NCBI RefSeq assembly: GCF_006345805.1
Contig: NC_043002.1
Location: 114,948,001 to 115,012,000, forward strand
DNA length: 64,000 nt
Reading direction: 5' to 3'
From: Octopus sinensis
Taxonomy: Eukaryota
Shown here: in pieces, positions 40,513-54,926 of the stretch
Position numbering within the stretch: position 1 is the first letter of the stretch
Layout of the letters: every line of letters starts with the position of its first letter
Made by a program: the position numbers and the translations under genes
The notes under the pieces: generated by a model
The model's input: only the letters and a program-made list of their open reading frames with translations
Told to the model about the DNA's origin: nothing
The model's database searches: none

Positions 40513-41717
40513 GGTGCATTTATGAATACACTATGTTGCTTCATTACAAGAAAACTAGATAAAAAATAAGATCTGCGATTTCATATATCTATAATGTTCA
40601 ACTGTATGTTTATCAAATGTTTTGTTTTCTATCAATTCTCTACTGTGGGTAATTCCTATCGGCCACTGCCATCCCAAGCAACTACTGCGATATTATTTAT
40701 TCATGATTTAATCATTGTTTGACAGCAAAAATCGAACGCCAAATGTTCTTACTTAAATGTGAATGCAAATTTGAAAACAAAAGAATAAATAGTAAGATGA
40801 TCGTGTAACAATTTGGATGAACATCCTGGAGAACAATGAATATATATGATGCTAGCAAAACTATGCAACAAACGGTAAGAACTACCAGCAACATAGAAAT
40901 TCGTTAATATTGAAATATCTTAAAGGGCAGTTTGAACGAAAGATGATCGAATGCAAAATATTTTTCTTTCTTTCTGAAAATATGTGTTTGGAAAAAAACA
41001 ATTGTATAATGCCATGTTCAGTTTGTGCGTTTAGTGATTCTAAATACGATTGCGTACCTTACATTCAGTATCAAAACGAATCAATAGTGCCTCCTGAGAC
41101 ATAAGGCTGGTTTCTCGGATTGTGTGGCGTATATATTCTCCTCCTAAACAGGACACTGATCCGGCGGAGAATTATTCATTTATCCAGCGGAGTGGACTGG
41201 AGCAGCATGAAATGAAGTGTTTTGCTGAATAAAACAAAGCATCACTCGATTCAGGAATCGAAAGTGCAACCTTACAATCATGAGTGCAACATCCCTAATC
41301 ACTAAGTCATCTCTTTCCACGCACTCATTATACTTATTTCCATATTTTAAGCTTTACAAGTAATTAACGTTTAAATTTCTTTAGTAGCTTTGATTTCTTT
41401 TTTTTTTTTTTTAAATTTAGTCTTATTGCTATTCAGCAGCAACGAAGGTTCTCTTCAGGCGATTGGTCAAGCGGTTTACCGGTGGTTAAATATGGGAAAA
41501 GCTTAAGCAGCTAGCTATGACAAATTTTTTTTGAAATATTTTGCTAATTTCGTTAACGTTTCTGTTATGCTACCCAATTTCTGCAACAGTCCACTCGGGC
41601 TTAATGTATTTCCACATTATATTTATTATATAATATATTTCCACATATATATTTTAAAATGTGATATGCTTATGCGATGCTAACTAATATACCGATTTCT
41701 TTGATTTTCTTTTACAG

Positions 41718-41857
41718 CTCCTACCAAAGAGGTATGAATTGCATTGAAGATTTCAAGAGCAAATGTAGCCGGAAGGAAAAACCTCGAATATTAATAAACC
41801 TAAGTCAAAACCAAAAGGAATTAAACAAACTATGCGACGACGACAGACTTTATGAAA
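41718..41857 (+). CDS. Exon B of the cysteine-rich protein
   Basis: ttgattttcttttacAG acceptor and GTAAGT donor; 140 nt, phase 2 to phase 1; SYQRGMNCIEDFKSKCSRKEKPRILINLSQNQKELNKLCDDDRLYE. Confidence 0.88.
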
Positions 41858-41907
41858 GTAAGTAGTGAAAGGGTTTGAAATGTTTAGAAATTATTGTGAG
41901 ACACACA

Positions 41908-41938
<31 letters not shown>

Positions 41939-41942
41939 CACG

Positions 41943-42760
<818 letters not shown>

Positions 42761-42782
42761 ATGATATAAGTGTGAATATGTA

Positions 42783-43174
42783 TCAGATTATATCTTTATA
42801 GTGAGGTTGTGTGCTGTCTGTCTCCTACGATTTAGATTCCTAACTACTCCCACATTTTGCGGTGCAGTTTAACCAAAACCGGGTATCTTATAGTCGTGAT
42901 TCATATCGAGCCCTTCTGGGTATTAGCGCACGTCTACGATTTAAAAAAAAAATTACCATCAATTTTTCCCATTTTTAATGTATTTTTGGCCTATATAAGG
43001 GAAGTAACTCTCTAAAAATTTATTATTAAATCTCAGAACGTAAAAAGCGACAGTAACACCCCCCCCCCCTTTGTGGTTAGCCATATTGAGATGGCTATTA
43101 TACTTTACATCTCTAAAAATGCTTATATAGTTATTTCCCTTACAAACCCGAGCAACGCCGGGCGATACTGCTGG
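42783..43174 (+). mobile_element. Non-autonomous Helitron-like element
   Basis: 3' hairpin cccg-agcaacgc-cggg (43147-43162), then CTGG (CTRR) followed by T; TC-containing 5' end next to a ctgtctgtct block. A related fragment lies at about 24400-24480. Confidence 0.65.
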
Positions 43175-45835
43175 TGTCAAATAAACTGAAAGTGTTGAAC
43201 TTTGCGTTTCACCTCTCCGGAGTCGATAAAATAAGTACCAGTCAATTCCTGAGATCGATGGCATCGACTCACCGTCTTTCCTCAAACTACTGGACTTGTT
43301 CCCTGATTATGAAAGAGATAAAACAGAATGTACAGACAACAAACATTCAACTCACCAAAGATTACATGACATCTTAAAGCAATAGAAGGTAGTTAGTTAA
43401 GAAGTTCATTTCTCAACGGGTTCACTCCCCAGGGCGACTATCTCCTACCTCGGCTGACTAATGCCTTCTGAGTGAGCCACTTAATGTGTGCATGTACAAA
43501 TGAGTGTATTTGTATGTCACTGCTCCACTTCATGCAAAAAGGGAACTACTGGCTAAACATATAACTACTGGGGTCAATTTGATCTACTGTACCCACCAAT
43601 GAATGAACCATGTAAAACAATATAGTATGTGTCGTGTACTGAGTGGATTACTCGTAAATATGCTTATTGTTTTATGACATTTATCATCCTTTAGCCTAAA
43701 CATGGATTAGTTATTTGCGAGATTGGTAAGTTTGGAACTTTTATACGATAAATATCGAAATACATATCAACAGTTATTCTTATACTTTCCAATTTTTTAA
43801 AGAAGACGGTTAGTAATAGTCGTCTCCCACGAAATCTGTTAGCATACAAGTCCTGCCATATAAAACGACCATTCACCAATGTTATAGCGCAATCGAAGTT
43901 CAAATATTTGATGAAAATCAAAAAATGGAATTTGAAACTCACAGTTCAGAGCTGAAATGAAGTTTTACTTTCTACTACTGTACATCAATTTAGTCATATA
44001 TGAATATAGGGTTAGGGTTAGGGTTACATAACTACTGAGTGGTCTTCCGTATTTTCTTTGTTATCCAAAGTCAGATGAAATATATGAAACTGGTGCGGTC
44101 ATTAATCTTATTTCAATGAACAACCATTAAAAGTGTTACAAGATAATATGGATTCAATATGTGGTGGACTTTTCTAGTTCAACATTAGTGATTATAATAG
44201 TTCAATTCCTCGGTTAAAGCATGTGTGTAATGTCGCTATATAACTATATTTATTTTTGTTGTTTTGTTGTTAGTCTCTCGAGTCCAAGAAAGATGATTCC
44301 ATAATTTCTTGTTTAACAGCCTGCACCGATGATTTGTTTATAGTGATAAAATGCTTGTACACTAATTTTATTCAGTCTCTCCATCAAATCGACGCTACCT
44401 GCACAATTGCACAGAATGCCATACATCATTTGTTGAAGTGGTTGCACTATATTCATGTAGTTATACAACTATATTCATATAGATGAAATAGAAGACTACG
44501 TATATATCTATTTTATATTACGCTCGATGCTATTTTAATTTTGTATCTTTCCAAATCATTGTCCAAAGAAATCCTTCCTTTCAACAATCTATCTGCCAAT
44601 ACAAATATCTTTTCCTACTTTAAGCACCAGACCCTGGTATAATTACGCAATCCATTATCTATTATCTTAAATATTTTTGTTTTTGGATATTTCTGATGTA
44701 AGTTTTTGTTAAAAGTACATTATTTTTAATAGAAATATTGAATTGCCATCAAATGCAATATCTTGTATCCTGAAATACCTTCGCTTTTCCTTTTATCCGA
44801 TAAAAGTATTGCTCAGAATCACATACTTAATGTTACGTCGAGTTAGGAACCAAGATATAGACTCCCATAAATTAACTATCTAGATACATTTGCACGAATA
44901 AAGCTGACCAAGCATATTAGTACGATAATTTTATGTCCATTTAAAGGACATATACATGGCCCTTTGAAGTATTTGTATAAATGTTATCAAAATTATTCAT
45001 TAAAATACATCAAATTACTGTTGACTATCGTTCTTTTCACCAAATTCAATGTTATTTCTATCTAGGAGAATATTTTATCCCATACCGTTTCAATGCAAGT
45101 TCTTATGTGTTTGATAGAATTACTGCAGAAAGAATGAATATGCTTTTGGAATAACTAAATTACTAACTGCACCCCTGTGAGATGTTTCTACATCCATCAC
45201 TTAAATATCATAATCAAATGATTAAAAATAACTTTCTTACCTTAAAGTTATTTAATCTACGCCAGCAGAGGATATCATATGCAAAAATTGCTTTTTCTAT
45301 TGCCTTTCCAACTTTATTGTTTCAAAGTGGGAATTGTTGATTTATCATCCTATCATCTCCCTGACGACTGAAAAATAGATTAAACCAAAAGATATTGAAA
45401 CGCTGTTGCAGGAGGTGTATAGATTACACATTTAAATGAAAATTGGCATGCCAATCAGTGTGCGCAGTTGTATTGCTAACCTATAATCTTTCTATATAGT
45501 AAATAATTAACTTTCAATGTCGTTAGCCTTTAGACGCGATAAAATACAGCTACCAAAGCTGATAATGATATTACATAAATATTGCTTTTGTGAAGTGTTA
45601 TGTAATTGGTGTTGAGGTATGATTAGTGCATATTGACGCAAGATCCCTTACCATTATCAGCACAAAACCATCAATCAATCTCGACATTGTGTCGATCACC
45701 ATCTCACTTGTTACCAAAATGTCATTACTACCTTCTAAACACAGCTACGACAATCACCTCTACAACACAACGTAAGATATACAATTCACTTTGTAAGGAT
45801 GATAAACTTGTGGCTGTTACTCGTATTTTCTCATA

Positions 45836-45874
<39 letters not shown>

Positions 45875-46471
45875 CTCCAACATTCGAACACTCAAGTGGT
45901 CATATTATTTATATCCTACAATGAACTACAGTACGTTTGGTTCACCTGCCATCATTGAAAGACGTTGAAAACACTTCTCAAATTCTATGCGATGTTTTCT
46001 ATAAGTATTTCATTTTGTTCACTTTTTTCTTTCAAAATCATGATTATTATTTGAATAATCATTGATTTAGTCATATGCAAATTTTATTCACATGCTTTTA
46101 GCGTAGACATCGATTAAGTCTAGTTTTAGCTGTCATCTACTTCGGCTTCTAATTCTCTTTTAGTCAAACTCCAGCAAAGCTTAATTCAGCTCAATCAAAA
46201 AGCATGGGTAAGCAATGCATTGTAAGCTACCCTGTAATTTGCTAAAAAATTTATCTGCGCGCATTGAAATCATTGCCCCTCCGATGCCTTTTTTTTCATT
46301 CAGATTTATTTTGTTTATATGAAACATAATTACTTTTACCTTCTCTTAAATAGCTTTTAAATGGCTTCAAATTTAAACGTAAAAAAAAAATCAAGAGAAA
46401 TGTAGGTCCAGCTTTACATAGTTTTCATTCTATCCTTATAATACGAAGTTGCACACAATAAATTAAATATA

Positions 46472-46702
46472 TATTTCTTTATTGCCCACAAGGGGCTAAA
46501 CATAGAGGGGACAAACAAGGACAGACAAAGGGATTAAGTCGATTATATCGACCCAGTGCGAAACTGGTACTTTATTTATCGACCCCGAGAGGATGAAAGG
46601 CAAAGTCGACCCAGGCAGAATTTGAACTCAGAACGTAACGACAGACGAAATACCGCCAAGCATTTCGTCCGGCGCGCTAACGTTTCTGCCAGCTCGCCGC
46701 CT
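46472..46702 (-). mobile_element. SINE family A monomer with 15-bp TSD
   Basis: aataaattaaatata at 46457-46471 and 46703-46717. Confidence 0.92.
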
Positions 46703-46880
46703 AATAAATTAAATATAATTTACTTCCATAAACTACCAATTCTTTCAGATTTTCATATAAGCATTTGAGTAAATATGCTACTTCAGTATCATCCAGAACC
46801 ACTCATTATTATTACTGTTGATTAGTTCCATGTCATCCAGTTGTACTTTTCCTGCCTTTTTATATATTAAAACATACACT

Positions 46881-46964
46881 GACCAATATATCCATTATGG
46901 ACATTATGGACTAATATATCCATTCTGGACATTATGGACCAATATATCCATTATGGAGATTATG
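46881..46964. repeat. 28-bp minisatellite, 3 copies
   Basis: gaccaatatatccattatggacattatg units. Confidence 0.9.
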
Positions 46965-47399
46965 GAGAGACTCCCTATAACTGTTGATTAAAGATGTGTA
47001 AGCTTTTCAAGTAGGAATATTCGTTCTGCATCATTTGAGCTGTGTAACGGACAAATATACTTGTCAGCAAACCACATCTAGCAGTATGTAAGCATAACGA
47101 GAAGCACAGTGGAGAAATGTATTTTAATAACTTCAAACTAAGGTTTGGAGAAATGTTTAATATGGTATGTTGTGTGAGATAGACAAAGCAGATTTAACGA
47201 GTGTACTGGGTCGACCTGATAAAGTGAGTATGCAGATAGCTAAATCAGTCAAGGAGAGGCCACTGTATTAGTTGAGGTGCCAGAGAAGAAAAACAATGTG
47301 TTTGTGAGAAACGTTTGATGCAAATTCATGAATGTACATTTGTAAACTGGTTGAATAGTGTTCATTTAGGTGCAGGCGTAAATATTTGTGTATGTAGCA

Positions 47400-48620
47400 A
47401 TGTAACAAATGCCACTTGAGCGTTATAGAGTGTCAAAGACCGATTACCCCTGATATATCTAGATTTGAAGAGGAAGCGTACTGTTTGTGAAATACTTCTG
47501 GAAAAAGTATTTATGTTCGGCTACTAAAAGCAATAATCAGCGTCTGTAAAACTTAGCCAACGTAGCGATTTTCATGGTTTTTAATTGTTCTTCACAGCTA
47601 AAGAGAGTAAAGCGTACAAAATAGCTTGTTCTCCTCTATGGTTGTTTTTTTTTTTTCAAAATATCTGCACATAGCTGTAGCACAATGTGGTAAGACATGT
47701 CTTCGTTGAGTGTGTTGGATAACTGTGTGTTGGAAATTAAGTATTTCAGAATAGTATCATCAACGCAGGAATTCGTGTTGTCAGATTTGACAATAACAAA
47801 GTCATTAATACACTAAAGGAAGAGTATAGGAAAAAAACAGTACTTTGGCGGAACACCAGACATTACTGAGTGTAGTTTATTGAGAACGTCTTCAGCACAC
47901 TCTGAAACTGTGCATTCTGACAAGGAACTTCTAACCAATGGGATTGAAACTTCCGACTAAGAGAAGAGTAGAGGCTATAAGAAGCTAACCTCGTCAGATG
48001 TATAGGCAATGCTTACACTGATGTCAATACAACAACATTTTTTCCGAACTTCTCAATGCTAAAAGACCATCGGGGTGTGACAGAAGAACAGTCTCTCAGT
48101 GGGTCTGATGATAGGTTAATAATTGACAGAATCAGAGAAGTACACTTTCTAATAATAGGCCACATTTTGATGTGTGAGATGGATCGCTGCAGAAATAGAA
48201 AAAGGCTGGAAATTTTTGCTTGGGTAGAAGCAATCTTACGGGATCAGAGTTTGTGCAATGGAAGCGATACTTTTGAGAGGAGTTTGTTGAGAGGTGAAGT
48301 GTGAATATAGCGACAGGACTAATAGAATAGAGAAAGTGAGTTGGAAGATTTATTTGTTCGCAGAATCGAGTTGGAAACGAAGAGGGCAGCAAATGGGAAG
48401 GCTTTCGAAATATTGCTACAAATGCAGCCATCTTATTTGAGAAAATGTGGGTGGCAGCATTCAATAAGCCACTAGACGACATTTTAACAAATACAGAGAA
48501 GCCAACTACTGTTTGAATGGAAGGAAACGATGCAAAATGCTTTATGTGCAAAGTTTTCGTCTGCATTTACTCAAAACTCCTCTTGATACTCTCACTCCTT
48601 CTACAGAAGTTGATTTATTT
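47400..48620 (-). mobile_element. Heavily decayed CR1/L2-like LINE ORF2 fragment
   Basis: SFPTRFCE..NLP (endonuclease C-terminal PTR-like), SDPSH and HIVLQLCA resemble the endonuclease-to-RT region; many stops. Confidence 0.45.
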
Positions 48621-48871
48621 CCCAATGCACCATCTGTACCCGTTATTGTCTCACCTGCTTGTATCCCCACCCAATAATAGAATTCCTGATTTATAACCAA
48701 CAGAAAATTTAGTGCTAAAAGTGTTCTGAGTCGCGAAAATACTTATCCCATATATAAAGTTTTTTCATTTTCTCTTGATTTATGTTTATAGAGACACTTT
48801 ATCCTAATCGATACCACTTGTGTTTCTTTTTTTCACGTCGCATTGCATTTTCTGGGTTCTGTAGGGACATA

Positions 48872-49170
48872 ACATTATCTTTTACTTTGTTATGTATTTC
48901 AGTCATTAGACTGCGGCCATATGGGGGTACAGCCTTGAAGGATCGAATAAATTGCCCCAGTACTTATTTTAAAACGTTTGGTACTTCTGTTAGGCTGTGT
49001 TGGCTAACTAGTAAATTACGGTGACGTAAATAAACCAGTACCGGTTAGCAATCAACAGGGAAAAGGAACATACACACATAGATACATATACATACACACA
49101 GATAGATTTCTTTATTGGCCTCGCAGGGCTGAACACAGAAAGATAGATAGATGGATAGATAGAAAGATAA

Positions 49171-49233
<63 letters not shown>

Positions 49234-49261
49234 TACACATACAGACAGGCAGACAGACAGC

Positions 49262-49321
<60 letters not shown>

Positions 49322-49340
49322 CACATACATGCAGACAGAC

Positions 49341-49409
<69 letters not shown>

Positions 49410-49575
49410 TATAGTTTGATAGATATACACGCCAGGCTTCTTTTAGTGCCCACCTACAAAATCCATTCACAAGGTTTTGGTCGATCCGGGCTTACAGTAT
49501 AAGCCAGGGTGCCTTGCAGCGGGACTGAACCTGAAACCATGAAGTTGGGAAAAGAACTTCTTACTACACAACCAA
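48872..49575 (-). mobile_element. SINE family B interrupted by a (GATA)n expansion and a family A tail piece
   Basis: Tail at 48872-49060, GATA tract at about 49140-49410, head at about 49425-49575. Confidence 0.75.
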
Positions 49576-50398
49576 ACTTTCCTACATTATACAGCGTCTA
49601 TTAGTACAACCACAAAATTATTGACGCCAACATCAAAGAGTTACATAAACTGAGATGGAAATATAATCATAAAACTAAAACGACATATTTAAAACCAAAA
49701 ATTCTTATTTATCCGGTCTTCAGTTTACTAACATTTGACTTTTTATTTGGTTTCCAACTTTGTTACAAAAAGGCATAAAAAATCTGCTATATAAAAATGA
49801 CGTTTTATGTATGCTGCTTTACATAGGTAGTGAGGACGATAGGTTTCTAAACGTTGACATGTAAAATCATCAAAAAAGTATCTCATCCGTTACATAAGTA
49901 CTTCATCTGTAGGTTAGTGTTACTTTTTGTGTCATGTATTCTCGTTCTCTTTCTCTGTTTCTTTGTTTAAGTGTGCGTGTGTCTCTCCCTTTCTTTCTCT
50001 CTATCCTAAGAAACACATACACATACATACACACACACGCACGTATGTATGTTATGTATTTATACTACTCTAACTGCATTTCAAATCATTATTATATTAT
50101 ACACCTTAAACATTTATAAACGAAAGTTTGTGAATATCACTATTTTGGGTTGTCACAGGGGCAACACCGAGAGAAATGACTGGTATGTTAATAAGTTTTC
50201 ATGGAAGCATAAATCCCGGAATAGAACCTCTTTTACGTGGTTCTCTCAATAGGAATTCAACGTATATTTCTCCAGATGCTAAATTATATGCACATGCTTC
50301 CGAAATGTCGGCACCAAATTCAAAATTTATGTCACATAGAGGGACCTTATGTAAATGAGATAAAACAGAGTGTATGTATGTGTTCTTACACCACATCA

Positions 50399-50526
50399 GG
50401 TACAGGTGTGGCTGTGTGGTAAGAAGCTTGTTTCCCAACAACATTTGTTACTGGGTTCAGTCCAACTGCGTGACACCTTGGGCAAGTATCTTCTACTGTA
50501 GCCTCGAAAACTGAAAGAAGCCTGTT
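50399..50526 (+). mobile_element. SINE family B, 5' part
   Basis: gtggctgtgtggtaagaagc..gggttcagtcc. Confidence 0.8.
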
Positions 50527-50788
50527 TACATAAAATATGTATCCATGTTGTACCGTTAATCCCTACACATTTTTCTCTCTCTCCATTTTCCTTTTCGTGT
50601 TCTCTCCGCTTCCGCCCCCCCCCCTCTATATCCTTTCTGTCGAAGACGTTTACATTCTTCCAAATTGTTAAATTAATACACCTGCTTTTTTGTCCTTTGC
50701 CTGTCTTCGAAAGTTTCCTGTAAATCTGAAATACATACATACATACATGCACACACACATATATATATATATATATTCTTAGGATGAT

Positions 50789-51860
50789 CACAGTGTAGCC
50801 CGTACTATCCGTGGGCATCGAGTAGATCATCTTCACGGATTCATTTTTTCAAGCGATATAACACTAATAGATATTTACCAGAGTCGTGTTTATCCCTTTT
50901 GAGCAGTGCGAAGGTTAACTGAGTTATGTGGGTATTTCTGTGTGTATTTGGTGGGGAGGAGAGGAAGGTGATAGAAAGAGAGGAAGGAATGGTAGTTATA
51001 TAGGAAGGAGGTGTGGACTTATTTCGCTATTCAGTCCGCAGACTTCAAGGATGGGTCGTATATTCCTTTGTTCGATCTCATTTAAGGTATGACTATCTTC
51101 AATAACGGAGATGTACTCGCATAGCAAGTAATTTGATCTGAGATCGTGTGCTGAAACGAAAACAATTGCAGCGTGGAAGGTGTTTATAAGCCATTTAAGA
51201 AACACACAAAAGCCGTTCGATTCACTTCAACATTTAAGTTTAATTTGTCAAAATATTTTCGTCGCTAAAATCCGCGACCTGTTCACTGACAAAGTCCGTG
51301 CTGCATCTCACGTGCAGCACGGACTTTGTCAGTGAACAGGTCGCGGATTTTAGCGACGAAAATATTTTGACAAATTAAACTTAAATGTTGAAGTGAATCG
51401 AACGGCTTTTGTGTGTTTCTTAAATGGCTTATAAACACCTTCCACGCTGCAATTGTTATCTTCAATGAATTCTGAAGTAAACATGTCAGCCAGTATAGCC
51501 ACCACAACCATCAGTTGCAGGAGTTCATTACCTGAATTGATAAATGGTACTTTCTTAGGGTGACCTTTTAATTGTTTCTGGTACAATGTTATGGTATATA
51601 TTAGCATCCTAAATATCGATTGGTTTGTCTATTTGCTTTTATTCCTTCCTTGTTTCATAAAATGTTAAGAGCAGTTGTTGCTATTCTCTTTCAAAATGTT
51701 TTTTTTTCAAATTCCGAAAACGATGTTTTGCTTTTATGTTCGCATCATATGATCCCCTCTCAGTGTCTCTTTATCACGTTTTCCCTGGATGTCTGATGAT
51801 TCCCAGAGTTTCTTCTAAGCATAAGTTGCATACCCATGATGTTCCGTTGTACGGCGCAGC

Positions 51861-51913
<53 letters not shown>

Positions 51914-52023
51914 CAGACCAGTGAGTCGTATGCTTCACTCCATTCTGTTTGAACCTCCAGATGAGGTTCGATAATGATGTGGAGTGTCAGCCGATGCCGA
52001 CGGATACTACGGACTACACTGTA
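50789..52023. mobile_element. Non-autonomous TIR element (Tc1-like ends), about 1.2 kb
   Basis: 30-bp TIRs at 50791-50820 and 51992-52021, 27/30 identical, starting CAGTG; TA on the right flank and CA on the left. Confidence 0.7.
51161..51457. repeat. Perfect hairpin, 145-bp arms and 7-nt loop
   Basis: 51161-51305 is the reverse complement of 51313-51457; loop tctcacg. Confidence 0.95.
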
Positions 52024-52301
52024 ATCTTAACAGGAATACGGACTGTGATTTTAAGAGACATGGGATTTGTGGAAACGTGCGTAGTGAGGCATTAAATGTT
52101 TAAAAAATCTATCCAAGGATTATTGTTCTTATTAATATTTTTATCCTACATTATATTGATAGAGCTCGATGCAACACCAAAAAACTAGTTCACCAGTCAG
52201 CATCATTAGACTGTGGCCGGCATATGCAATAGGAGCTTTATTTGCATTTTCAAAACGTTTCCTGTAAACAAATTTATAATATATATATATATATATATAT
52301 A

Positions 52302-52510
52302 CTGTTGAGTCTGGGGAGAGTGATTTTCTTTTTGTGCCTTATAATGTAACACACTCACCGGTAAAAATTCCACTTATTTCTTATTTTAATTTTCCTAAAA
52401 TTTTCGTAGCGTCTTGCAACCTTTTCAATAGTCTGGACTCTTGAAAAGGTTGCAAGACTATTGAAAAGACTACTAAAAATGTTGCAAGACGCAACGACAA
52501 TTTTAGGAAA
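52302..52510. mobile_element. Palindromic MITE-like repeat (left arm plus partial right arm)
   Basis: Left arm 52302-52440 has an inverted homologue at 53696-53833. Confidence 0.7.
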
Positions 52511-52511
52511 A

Positions 52512-52680
52512 TTGTTGGTGTGTTTATGTCCCCGTAACTTCGTGGTTCATCAAAAGACACCGATAAAATAAGTAGCAGGCATGCAAAAATAAGTACTGGA
52601 GACGAATCATTTGACGCAGTAACTCTTCAAGGCGGTGCTACAGCATGGCAGCAGTCTAATGACTGAAACGAGTAAAAGAT
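52512..52680 (+). mobile_element. SINE family B, 3' half
   Basis: gttggtgtgtttatgtccccgtaac..cagtctaatgactgaaac. Confidence 0.75.
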
Positions 52681-52755
52681 TTTTTTAAAAACGCATTAAA
52701 AATTGTTTTCTTATGTATGCACGTCTATTATCAATTTACTGTTTTCTAATTCCAG

Positions 52756-52885
52756 AATATGCTCGCTGCCAGACATGTTTTAATCGTCATAGAGACCACA
52801 CTGAGAACTGCTTTAGCAAAATTACCAAAAAGACAGTGAATATATTTACAAAACTTAAATATCCATCTGACGCAGTGTTCTGTAG
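52756..52885 (+). CDS. Exon C of the cysteine-rich protein
   Basis: ttttctaattccAG acceptor and GTAAGA donor; 130 nt, phase 1 to phase 2; YARCQTCFNRHRDHTENCFSKITKKTVNIFTKLKYPSDAVFC. Confidence 0.88.
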
Positions 52886-53169
52886 GTAAGAATTCTTGAT
52901 TTATTTTCTGTCTGAACAGTTTACTAGAGTTAAGGAAGTATGAAAGTCAAAATAAGAAAATAAACCAAAATATTGCCCCACATACAAACCTCAACAAAAG
53001 CTTTTTTTAGACTTTGATATCTAGGCAATGTTTTTTTTTTAACGATAGGTACAATATTTCCTTTTTATATGAGTGAGAAAATTAAATTTTCACACACATA
53101 TACATACATATGTGTTTGTGTGTGTGTGTGAGTGTGTATATATATATACACACACACATAGACATATAT

Positions 53170-53216
<47 letters not shown>

Positions 53217-53240
53217 GACATATATGTATATATATATACA

Positions 53241-53390
53241 CACGAGGGATTGCTGCAAAGTTTCTGGCTATAAGGGTTATTGGGAAAGGCATGGCTGGAG
53301 GCCCAACTTTCCGAGTTCTTTTACAGGGCTTAGAAAAGCTAAAGGACCGCTTGCAACAAGTGTGTGAATCTGAAAGAGGAATATATTGAA
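53241..53390 (+). mobile_element. Mariner deletion derivative
   Basis: cacgaggg..aaagtt TIR-like start joined to a transposase C-terminus-like [11 protein letters not shown]. Confidence 0.55.
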
Positions 53391-54718
53391 GGAACTTTCA
53401 GTATCCCCTGCATATGTGTGCAGATATAAATGACTTGATCTAGGAAGCACACAAACACGGACACGTAAGCACATGAATATGCAGAATACATACATACAGA
53501 TGCACACACATACATACATATATACATATGCATACACACATATATATACATACACACGCATATATAATACATACATACATAAATACATACACACATACAT
53601 ACACGCATACATACAGGCATGCATAGACTCACACACACTGGCCCGCACATATGCGCACAGACAAGCAAAAAGGAATGCAGTGTAAATAACGGGCAGAGTC
53701 AAGACTATTGAAAACATTGCAAGGCGCAACGAAACTTTTAGGAAAATAAAAATACGAGACAAGTGAAAATTTTACTTGTGACTGTGTTAAATTATAAGAC
53801 ACAAAAAGAAAATTACTCTCCCCGGACACAATAGGAAACCCACGTTTCTCTAAAATTCCTTCACCAAATGAAATTCGTATTATTGAATTGTATTTTGTTA
53901 AAATCTTGATTGAATAATACGACAGGCCTATTGCTCTAAAGCTAAATAATTACAAATGCTATAATGGGATTGTTACATTGTTTTTTTTTTGTTTTGGTTT
54001 GGTTTTTCAGTTGTTTTTTTTAATGTATTCTAACAGAGTTGCCCTACATTCTCATTATTGTTGACATTCACTTCATGAAAAAAGTGGCCTATGGAATAAA
54101 TAAATATATGGCTAAAAGTATAACTTCAGGGGTCGATTTGATCCGCTATACCCTCCAATGAATGAATGAATCAAGTAAAAGAATAAAGGAATATAGTATG
54201 TGTCGTGTACTCACTGGATTACACGTAGATATACTTATTATTTCATGATATTTATTATCCTTCAATCTAAACATGGATTAGTTATTTGCGAGATTGTGTT
54301 TTGCCAAGATCTTGATTGAACAACATGACACACCTAATGTTCTAAAGTTAAATATTTAAGAATATTATAATGGAATAATATATTACCGTTTTCTTTAATG
54401 TATTCTAACAGAGTTGTCTTACTGTCTCATTATTGACTATGCAACTAACTAACATTTAAACTTGATTACATTTACTGCGCTATGACATTAAACCACCGAA
54501 AATGTGGTGAAATGCACAACTTTCATGATATGTGTCATTACCATAACTATATAGAAGTCACATAATGGTAAATTTGATGCCATGAACACGACTCAGTGGG
54601 GTAGTTTTACATTTCAGCTGCAGTAAATGATGCCAATCTAATTTGAAACTTATGCAGCCAAAAGTAATCCTTTCACACGTTCATTTCATGAATGCATGAT
54701 TTTACTGCTTCCCCACAG

Positions 54719-54762
<44 letters not shown>

Positions 54763-54926
54763 CCTCCCTCTCTCTCTCTCCTCTCTCTCTCTCTCACTAT
54801 TATATATTTGTCTCTAACACCTTTATTGTTAATATTTTAAATTCTCAATCCTGTACTACTTTCTTCTGATTTATAGATCATTGTATACTAGTAAAAAAAA
54901 ACCTTCCTCTGTTCTTCTGGTTTCAG

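Noticed and set aside
44007-44026. (TTAGGG)3 as an interstitial telomere
   Set aside because: Too short to distinguish from chance in this repeat-rich DNA.
45355-45415. CTGACGA...GAAAC hammerhead
   Set aside because: No credible stem II between the core segments.
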